A stretch of DNA of 41,780 bases, taken from positions 1 to 41,780 of IMG/VR virus record IMGVR_UViG_3300020045_007641, one strand, 5' to 3'. Shown one piece after another: positions 35,216-41,780 of the stretch (within the stretch, counting starts at the first letter, position 1; each line of letters opens with the position of its first letter). A program made the translations under genes and the position numbers. This DNA is from a virus. Lineage: Duplodnaviria > Caudoviricetes. Below the pieces are notes generated by a model. That model was not told the origin of the DNA. It did no database searches and saw only the letters and a program-made list of their open reading frames with translations.

Positions 35216-35245
35216 CTACATATTAATCAAAAAAAATATTTAATT

Positions 35246-35371
35246 ATGGCTGCTAAAATAACAAAATGTAAAGATTGCGGTAAAGATATTAAAACAAATA
35301 CCTTTAAGCTTAATGGTAAAAAATGAGTATTTGTAGAAAAAGAATGTATATGTGATTTAAAAAATAAAAAA
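35246..35371 (+). pseudogene. Zinc-ribbon-like segment split by an in-frame TGA (35324-35326), in frame with ORF 35372
   Basis: MAAKITKCKDCGKDIKTNTFKLNGKK*VFVEKECICDLKNKK-MHPNY. Confidence 0.55.
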
Positions 35372-35629
35372 ATGCATCCTAATTATTCTAAACGTCAAAT
35401 ACTAATTAGATTTAATATTAAACTTAACGCTCCTGCTTCAGTAGACGCTAACGGTAATAAAATAAAATCAGTTAGCCATTCGTCAGATATATCCGGATTT
35501 TATAAATATATTAATGATGATGCTTTAGCAAATGATATTATTAATAAGGCTATGAAAAGCAAGAACCAGATTTACCACAGAAAACTAATAAGAGGCTCTA
35601 TAATACGTTTTTATAATAGAATGGGATAA
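35372..35629 (+). CDS. Hypothetical basic protein
   Basis: 85 aa; last gene of the plus arm. Confidence 0.68.
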   Translation: MHPNYSKRQILIRFNIKLNAPASVDANGNKIKSVSHSSDISGFYKYINDDALANDIINKAMKSKNQIYHRKLIRGSIIRFYNRMG

Positions 35630-35674
35630 ATGTACATTTTAATATATAAAGTCTCTTAAAACTTAAATTAACTA

Positions 35675-35708
35675 AAAAAGGCTATACAAATTAATGTATA
35701 GCCTTTTT
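35675..35708. terminator. Bidirectional terminator where the two arms converge
   Basis: AAAAAGGCTATACA/TGTATAGCCTTTTT. Confidence 0.85.
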
Positions 35709-35710
35709 GT

Positions 35711-37066
35711 TCATCTTGCATTCGTATAACTGTATCTAACCTTTACAGGAGGTTTAAGCTCGAAATAAGCACGCATCATAATAGAATCCCAATCATCTGG
35801 GGAACGTCCTAACGAGGCTTTCATTTCGCCTTTATTGGCCACTGATAGTTTACTAACATCGTTGTTATCGTTCTTCTGCTTAATCTGCTCCATTTCTTCA
35901 GTAGTGGTCTGCTCTACTTCAGCCGTTGATTTTATTTCTCCGCACTCCCTTAAGTTTATCTTTTCAGCCATAAAGAAAGTACACTGTGTTTTTAGATTGT
36001 CATAATTAGGAATAATATTTTTACCTTCTTTTATTTCCGGCAATGGTTTTGAATTATTCACAAAACCTTTACAGGCTAAATAATCTACTACACCACCTCC
36101 GACTCCATCTTCATCTACTACAACATAACTTTTATTTATACTGTATTTATTCATTAAATTACGCGCTGCTTCAACTGTTTGTTTGACTGTTGATTTATCC
36201 ATAGATTCGCGGTGTATACATAGCCATTCACGCCATACACGTAATACCGTTTTATCGTCTCCCATACGCGCAACGTCTACAGTTAAATAATGCTGTGCGC
36301 TTTCTGGTGTAGAACTAATTAAAGGGTGTTCATCATCGAAATAATCACTGATAGCATCCGTCTCTATCAATACTGTAGGGTCGTCATCATACTCCCAATT
36401 ACCGTAATACAAACGTTGTTTTAAAGCTTCTCTTAGGTTTAAAAGCGTTTGTATGTATGAAGGGTGCAAATGTGGATTATCTTTTGGCAGAGCTTGTATA
36501 AATCGCCTATCCTGCCTTATTGTTTTGTCTTTACTTGGTTTATAGAATAATTTATACACCCAATTCTTTGAAGGGTTACAAGAGCCTAACAATTTAGGTA
36601 TTAAATTAAACTCGTGTAACTTATAGCGGCATCTTGATTTTACTATCTGCCATGCTGTTTCTGTTACTTGGTTACATTCATCTATAAAAGCCCCTGTAAT
36701 CTCTAAAGAGCCTAAACTGTCAAAATTAGGGTCTGAAGGATATAAAAATAAATCCTTTAATAAAATCTGACTACCGTTATTAAAATTTATAGTATTGGTT
36801 TGACCGTTATAGGTAAACTGGTTACTTATTCCTAACATAGTAGCCTGCTCAAAAAAGGTATTTAGAGTAGTTTCTTTAAGGGCTTTTAACTTAGAACGTC
36901 CCATTAGCCAACGAGAACCCGCATAAGTTTGGCACATTTCAATTAGCCATAGGCAACCGAGAACAGATTTACCGCCTCCGGCTGCGCCACCGTATAAAAC
37001 CTCCTGAGTTTCTTTATCTTTTAGGTAATATACGGCATGCTCTTGCTTTAATAAAAGGCTTTGCAT
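35711..37066 (-). CDS. terL: Terminase large subunit (likely start 37066, MQSLLLKQEH)
   Basis: YGGAAGGGKS Walker A, AFIDE Walker B, CNP, DVARMGDDKT nuclease motif, GRSPDDWD. Confidence 0.93.
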   Translation of the reverse strand: MQSLLLKQEHAVYYLKDKETQEVLYGGAAGGGKSVLGCLWLIEMCQTYAGSRWLMGRSKLKALKETTLNTFFEQATMLGISNQFTYNGQTNTINFNNGSQILLKDLFLYPSDPNFDSLGSLEITGAFIDECNQVTETAWQIVKSRCRYKLHEFNLIPKLLGSCNPSKNWVYKLFYKPSKDKTIRQDRRFIQALPKDNPHLHPSYIQTLLNLREALKQRLYYGNWEYDDDPTVLIETDAISDYFDDEHPLISSTPESAQHYLTVDVARMGDDKTVLRVWREWLCIHRESMDKSTVKQTVEAARNLMNKYSINKSYVVVDEDGVGGGVVDYLACKGFVNNSKPLPEIKEGKNIIPNYDNLKTQCTFFMAEKINLRECGEIKSTAEVEQTTTEEMEQIKQKNDNNDVSKLSVANKGEMKASLGRSPDDWDSIMMRAYFELKPPVKVRYSYTNAR

Positions 37067-37067
37067 A

Positions 37068-37301
37068 TTAGTTTTGATAAAGAATATCAAACTCAGCCTC
37101 TAATCCAGATATAAAAATAAGCCTTATTTCTTCTATATTTTCATTTATAGTCGTTAAGCCTAAATATGTATGAAAATGTATGTGTAATAAGGCTTCCTGA
37201 AAACCTTTGCAATCACTACAGAAATTATCTATATAATCACTATTAAAATTATCTGTTAAATACTCTTTTATTTGTTCTTCTTGGTCGTCTGTTAAAGCCA
37301 T
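37068..37301 (-). CDS. Hypothetical protein (likely start 37301, MALTDDQ)
   Basis: The shorter start avoids overlap and follows the upstream stop by 2 nt. Confidence 0.68.
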   Translation of the reverse strand: MALTDDQEEQIKEYLTDNFNSDYIDNFCSDCKGFQEALLHIHFHTYLGLTTINENIEEIRLIFISGLEAEFDILYQN

Positions 37302-37303
37302 GA

Positions 37304-37630
37304 TTATAAAATATTTGTTTGTAAAATTGTTAAATATTCTGAGCATGAATTTATACGCCTCATGCAAAATTTATCTTCTGGTATTTCGCATAAGCTAATA
37401 CTTTTTATTTCTTTCTCTATATCGCAAAGTGTAGCCGTTGCTGTGTCGTTCTCTAAGGCAGTCTTAGCTTCTTCTAAATCGTAAGTACTAAAAGCTAAAT
37501 AAAGCGATTTAAGAGGCTTATTTTTACTACCTGAATTAACTACTGCATAAACTGTTTTTATAGCTTCTGGTAAGTCTCTGCTGTATTCTACGCTTTCTCT
37601 TTCTGTTTCTAAGTAATTGTCGTACGTCAT
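37304..37630 (-). CDS. Hypothetical protein
   Basis: 108 aa after a promoter. Confidence 0.72.
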   Translation of the reverse strand: MTYDNYLETERESVEYSRDLPEAIKTVYAVVNSGSKNKPLKSLYLAFSTYDLEEAKTALENDTATATLCDIEKEIKSISLCEIPEDKFCMRRINSCSEYLTILQTNIL

Positions 37631-37650
37631 TGTTTAAATTTTTACTTCAA

Positions 37651-37696
37651 CAAATATATAAAAAGCAAAAACCCGATACAAATTATATCGGGTTTT
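37651..37696 (-). promoter_or_regulatory. Promoter of the TerL operon overlapping a terminator hairpin (37668-37696)
   Basis: TTG at 37681 then N20 then TATATTTG; stem AAAACCCGATA/TATCGGGTTTT. Confidence 0.65.
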
Positions 37697-37699
37697 ATT

Positions 37700-37972
37700 T
37701 TATTCGCTTTCACTTAAATATTGTAGAAGTTTTATTGATAAACTGGCTTGTTGCAAAACCCGTTTCTTTAATTCTATTTTCCACGATGGATTGTTGATAT
37801 TTATTTCAGTTATTTTATCAACTCTTTTTTGAAAGCATTTTATATATTCGTCTCTGCTTTCTTCAAAAGTTTTTACGGATAAATTTTTATCTTTAAATAA
37901 AAAATCCTGTACAGTTTCAGCGGCTTCTAAAGCCTCTATTATGCTGTCTCTGTAATTGTTTTTTTTTGCCAT
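37700..37972 (-). CDS. Hypothetical protein in its own promoter-terminator cassette
   Basis: 90 aa. Confidence 0.75.
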   Translation of the reverse strand: MAKKNNYRDSIIEALEAAETVQDFLFKDKNLSVKTFEESRDEYIKCFQKRVDKITEININNPSWKIELKKRVLQQASLSIKLLQYLSESE

Positions 37973-38002
37973 GATTAAATATTTTTATTGTTATTTATGA
38001 AG

Positions 38003-38032
38003 CAAAGATAATACTTTATTTTAATTACACAA
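38003..38032 (-). promoter_or_regulatory. Bacteroidota sigma70 promoter
   Basis: TTGTGTA then TATCTTTG on the minus strand. Confidence 0.78.
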
Positions 38033-38059
38033 CACAAATATAAAAATATTTTTAAAAAT

Positions 38060-38086
38060 AAAAAGCCCCTAATTTCTTAGAGGCTT
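38060..38086 (-). terminator. Intrinsic terminator ending the tail operon
   Basis: AAGCCTCTAA/TTAGGGGCTT stem and T-run. Confidence 0.72.
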
Positions 38087-38090
38087 AAAT

Positions 38091-38381
38091 CTATTCATTC
38101 CATTTTTCACATGTAACAACTGATTGCCGTATCTTATATGATATTGTACAGCCGCAACCGGAACAGTACATTTTAGAAGCTTCAGGTAATCGATTATCTT
38201 TTACTCTAAACATTGGTATCGGCTCAGGCTTAAATAGAGGGCATGTAAGGCACTTTTGTAAACGCTTCTTAGCTTTTTCTTCAACTTCAGGAATATTATC
38301 TTTAAAGTTATCTATACCCGCGCTAAGACCATCTAAACCCTCACTTAATAAAGTGGATACCTTTTTCTTAAAACTTTGCAT
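38091..38381 (-). CDS. Cys-rich Zn-binding protein (DUF6171-like; likely start 38381)
   Basis: RL..C..CP...C..CGC....K......C..W. Confidence 0.7.
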   Translation of the reverse strand: MQSFKKKVSTLLSEGLDGLSAGIDNFKDNIPEVEEKAKKRLQKCLTCPLFKPEPIPMFRVKDNRLPEASKMYCSGCGCTISYKIRQSVVTCEKWNE

Positions 38382-41300
38382 TTTTTTGTATTTCTCGGTT
38401 ATCACTTAAATTTGTTATTCCTACAGCCGCACCGCGTGCCGTTCCTTCTGCTGCTCCTGCTGCTACTGCTTCAGCTATAACACTACTCATGTTTCCGCTT
38501 AAAGAGTCCTGCATAATATTACTTTGTATCATACTGTTTTCGTCTATACCTGCTCCACCTCCTAACATATTTATTGCGCTTAAGGTGTTAGGGAACATAC
38601 TCGTTGCCTGTGCTGTTATTACGCTTTCCCCTAATGATAGGTTAGCAGGTATATTATCGCTTATTCCAGTTCCAGAACCTTGCAAACCTATAACCCCTGT
38701 TGCATAAGAAGGCTTTTTACTTTCTCCCCCTCCTGCTGTTTTAACTGCTGTAATCTTTTTTATATTTGAAAACCCTAAAGCTATAGAAGCTGCTGCTGCT
38801 ACGGCTCCTGCTGCAATACCTATAGGCCCCGGAATTGCAGATACCATTCCTTTATAAGCAGACATTGCGCTCTGGTAAGTATCTATAGTTGTTTGAGCTA
38901 TAGCCGCTGCTTTTCCTATTTTAGATTGTTCCCCAAAAATACTACTTATTTGTCCTAATGCGGTGCTTGCTAATTGTATTTTATTATCGGTAACGGCTTT
39001 CTCTATAGCTTTTCGGTTTGCTGCTTCTTGTTTTTCAAATAAAGTTAAATCCGTGCCTGCTTTTATAGCGGCTGCTTTTCTCGCATTATAACCTTGCTCA
39101 TAAGCTTCTAAAGAGGCGGCTAAATCATAATCTAAGTTAGCTTTATCTAATTCTCTTTGTATTTCTAAATCGGCTATAGCTTTTTCTTTAGCGGCTTCTT
39201 CTCTTTCTATTTTTAAAGCTTCCCTTTCTTCTCTATCTGTGTTTTCAAGTTGTAACGCTGCTAATTGATATTCTTGCTGACTAATTAAATTATTAGAGTA
39301 TCTTTCAGCTAAAGCTTCTTTTTCCAGATTATTAATATTAGTTAATCTTTCTAATTCAGCTTTATACATTTCATCACTGAAGAATTTATTTTCATCAATT
39401 AAGCTTTTATTACGTTCTTTAAAAAGTTCAATTTCTAAATTAGTGTTCTCTATAGTAGCGTTAGCGGCTGAGGCTGTATATTCGTTTTGAATTTCCAGTT
39501 TTTTAAGTTCATAAGCCTGCTTACTAATCAATCCTTTTTTATATTGAATTTCATTTATAGCGGTTTCTCTTTCTGAAATACCTTTAGCTAACTTTAAAGA
39601 ATCTTCTAAAGCTAATGCTTTACCTTCCTGAAGGGCAATAAAATATTTTAGTTCATCATCCATGTTTTTTATCTGAGCATCTAAATTAGCTTTAGCCTGC
39701 GCTATTCTTTTATCGTTTTGCTCTTTCTCTAAAGAGGCGGCTTCTTTTCTTAAACTATTTGCGTTGGCTAATTGTTCAGACTCCTGTCCTGTCAAACGCT
39801 CCTGTATATCGGCTATTTCGGCTAATGCTTCTGCCCTCTGGTCTAATGCTTCTTTAGTAGCTCCTTCACTTTTAATATTTAGGTTAGAAACTTTTAAACG
39901 CTGATTTGCTAAAGCTAATTCATCATTTAATTGATTTTTTAAAACTACTCCCAATTGATTATTTAAAGCTATCCTTTGAGGAATAGATTTTGTTTCATCA
40001 TCCCTTTGCTGTCTTAATTTTTCTGCTTGCTTCTGATAATCTAACTGAGTTATTTTAGATTTTCTCATAGCTTCGTCTAAATCTCCCTCTGCTTCTGCTA
40101 AATTATAAGCGGCTTCTGAACTTTCTTTTACTTCGTTTTTAAAACCTCTAAGACTATTTGCAGCATCATCAAATCCTACAAAATCTAACGCGGCTGTTAA
40201 TCCATCAAACATTGCTTCTAATGCTTCAGAAACAGTATCTAATATAGCTATAAAAGATTCTCCTAAAAATTCTCCTACAGGCTTAAGTATTTTAAAAAAA
40301 CTATTAAAAAACCCGCTTAATCGCGCCATGTTTTTTGCTAACTTTTGACTTCCTTCCTCTGTGCTATTCATTGAAGCAGTCATAAACTTAAATGCCCCAA
40401 CTAACAAAGCTCCTACAACGGCTATAGCGGCTATAGCTGCTCCTAAAGGAGTGGCTATAAAAGCGATTCCTGCCTGAGTTGCACCTATTATACCTGCTCT
40501 CATAGCTGCAAATGTTCCTGTTATTAAAGGAGCTACACCGCCTGCGCTTTGAGCCTGCTTAATAAACCCGCCCAAAGAACCGCTTAAAAGGTCTGTAGCT
40601 TCAGAAGTTTCTTCTGTTTCTCCCCTTGCAGCCCTCATATCTGAGGCATAAACATTAATTTGGGTAATATTATTGTTTATTTGCTGATTAAGTATTTTAT
40701 ATTCGTCAGAATTTTCATCTAAATTATCCCTTTGTACGGATAATTCTGTGTTTAATTCCTCTAAAGCCTTTTTTTGTTCTTCAATCTGGTTATAAGCCTG
40801 AACTATAGATTTTGTATAATCGCCTATATTCATTTTTACATTTTCATAGGCTGAAGCATTCTCTTTTATATAGTTTATATTAGCATCATATTGACTATTT
40901 AATTGCTTTATCAAAGCAGCTTCTTCTTCAATAGCCGGATTAAGCTGATTCCTTATCGTTAATATCTGGCTGTTTGCGGCTCTGGCACTCTCTATACTGC
41001 TTATTTCTGCTTCTAATGCGCTTGTAGCTCTTTCTGTAGCAGTCAATAACCTACCTTCACTATCTAAACGGGCTGCATAACTTTTAGCTGTTGAGGCATA
41101 TTCCGTATTAAGGGATTTAGAAGCTATTTGTAAATCCTTTTGAGATTTAAAAACGCCCTCCTGAGCTATTCTAAGCTGTTTTAAGCGGTCTGAATTTTCT
41201 TTATACTGTTCGCTTTCTCTTTCTCCTGAAGCTGTTAGTTTAGCCTGTTCTTTTTCTAATTCCTTTTGTTCTTTTGTGATATTAGCCATTTGAGAGGCAT

Positions 41301-41415
41301 ATTCTTTTTGTCGTTGCTGTGTTTCAAACAATCCTTTCTGCAATCTTTCTAAACTCGCCTCTAACTTAGTGGTGTCAAAGTCATATGTGGCTAAATTTAT
41401 TATTTCTTCATCCAT
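38368..41415 (-). CDS. Tail tape measure protein
   Basis: 1015 aa, Ala/Glu/Lys-rich coiled coil with hydrophobic blocks; NIGDY and YATG..G.G.G.SD.IPA.LS.GESV motifs. Confidence 0.9.
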   Translation of the reverse strand: MDEEIINLATYDFDTTKLEASLERLQKGLFETQQRQKEYASQMANITKEQKELEKEQAKLTASGERESEQYKENSDRLKQLRIAQEGVFKSQKDLQIASKSLNTEYASTAKSYAARLDSEGRLLTATERATSALEAEISSIESARAANSQILTIRNQLNPAIEEEAALIKQLNSQYDANINYIKENASAYENVKMNIGDYTKSIVQAYNQIEEQKKALEELNTELSVQRDNLDENSDEYKILNQQINNNITQINVYASDMRAARGETEETSEATDLLSGSLGGFIKQAQSAGGVAPLITGTFAAMRAGIIGATQAGIAFIATPLGAAIAAIAVVGALLVGAFKFMTASMNSTEEGSQKLAKNMARLSGFFNSFFKILKPVGEFLGESFIAILDTVSEALEAMFDGLTAALDFVGFDDAANSLRGFKNEVKESSEAAYNLAEAEGDLDEAMRKSKITQLDYQKQAEKLRQQRDDETKSIPQRIALNNQLGVVLKNQLNDELALANQRLKVSNLNIKSEGATKEALDQRAEALAEIADIQERLTGQESEQLANANSLRKEAASLEKEQNDKRIAQAKANLDAQIKNMDDELKYFIALQEGKALALEDSLKLAKGISERETAINEIQYKKGLISKQAYELKKLEIQNEYTASAANATIENTNLEIELFKERNKSLIDENKFFSDEMYKAELERLTNINNLEKEALAERYSNNLISQQEYQLAALQLENTDREEREALKIEREEAAKEKAIADLEIQRELDKANLDYDLAASLEAYEQGYNARKAAAIKAGTDLTLFEKQEAANRKAIEKAVTDNKIQLASTALGQISSIFGEQSKIGKAAAIAQTTIDTYQSAMSAYKGMVSAIPGPIGIAAGAVAAAASIALGFSNIKKITAVKTAGGGESKKPSYATGVIGLQGSGTGISDNIPANLSLGESVITAQATSMFPNTLSAINMLGGGAGIDENSMIQSNIMQDSLSGNMSSVIAEAVAAGAAEGTARGAAVGITNLSDNREIQKNAKF

Positions 41416-41432
41416 TATATAGTATTTTATTT

Positions 41433-41780
41433 TTAATTTATTTTTACAAATTCTCCTTCACATAAAGACCCGTCTTGATAGCTTAATTTATTTAAAAAAA
41501 AGTAAGCCGCCTCTTGTTTAAAATAGTAAGGCTTTAATAAATTAAGATTTAACACGTCTGAAAGAGAAAGCATAAGTGTAAACTTGTAAGCCCTAAAGTT
41601 AGTCAAAACAGCGGTGTAATCCAAATAATTTTTGAAAACTAATTCATCAAATAATGTTTCTCTAAAATTAGCAAAAGGCACGCGACCAGTATAAAACTGT
41701 ACTTCGTTTAATATCTCACTAACTAAGTTCCAAGGTCTGTTATCTGCTCTTTCAAATCTTAAAAAATAAAATCTATTAGA
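41433..41780 (-). CDS. 3' part of the origin-spanning tail protein that starts at 1687
   Basis: In frame through the terminal repeat; LNLLKPYYFKQEAAYFFLNKL C-terminal motif. Confidence 0.8.
   Translation of the reverse strand, partial: SNRFYFLRFERADNRPWNLVSEILNEVQFYTGRVPFANFRETLFDELVFKNYLDYTAVLTNFRAYKFTLMLSLSDVLNLNLLKPYYFKQEAAYFFLNKLSYQDGSLCEGEFVKIN
41660..41780. repeat. Terminal direct repeat, copy 2
   Basis: Identical to 1-121. Confidence 0.97.

Noticed and set aside
33089-35371. Genome-wide stop-codon reassignment
   Set aside because: The two interruptions use different codons (TAA, TGA); long genes are intact in code 11; TGA and TAG end normal genes; no suppressor tRNA seen
38489-38707. 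Plus-strand 72-aa ORF
   Set aside because: Antisense shadow of the tape measure gene
1-41780. tRNA or rRNA genes
   Set aside because: No cloverleaf or T-loop signature seen in the intergenic gaps; tRNAscan-SE would confirm

Overview
This is an apparently complete, circularly assembled, AT-rich tailed-phage genome of about 41,659 bp: bases 1-121 equal bases 41660-41780, and one tail gene reads through the junction. It is siphovirus-like. The host is most likely Bacteroidota (Flavobacterium-like), judged from about 20 TTG-N19/20-TAnnTTTG promoters, A-rich translation starts without Shine-Dalgarno sequences, and Bacteroidota-type gene families. The minus arm (16072 down through the origin to 35711) carries an HTH gene, ERF, Gp157, SSB, ClpP-type prohead protease, major capsid, two paralogous tail-tube-like proteins, portal, fibre-like proteins, holin and amidase, tail proteins, tape measure and TerL. 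The plus arm (16224-35629) carries a Cro-like HTH, replication initiator, primase-helicase, NinG, a spanin-like lipoprotein, TerS, an adenine methylase, MazG-like and DUF3560-like genes, and a long array of promoter-small gene-terminator cassettes. I saw no integrase, tRNA or CRISPR array. The most notable items lie below the ORF-track cutoff or in non-coding DNA: (i) a tightly packed 39-aa uncharged Asn/Ile/Val micro-ORF that looks amyloid-like; (ii) four Pro/Arg-motif micro-ORFs flanking a membrane-protein gene; (iii) two fibre-like proteins with Sec signal peptides; (iv) 11-bp-periodic TTAACA boxes ahead of several promoters; (v) a double-lipobox spanin fusion. All family assignments come from recognising motifs by eye, not from database searches.
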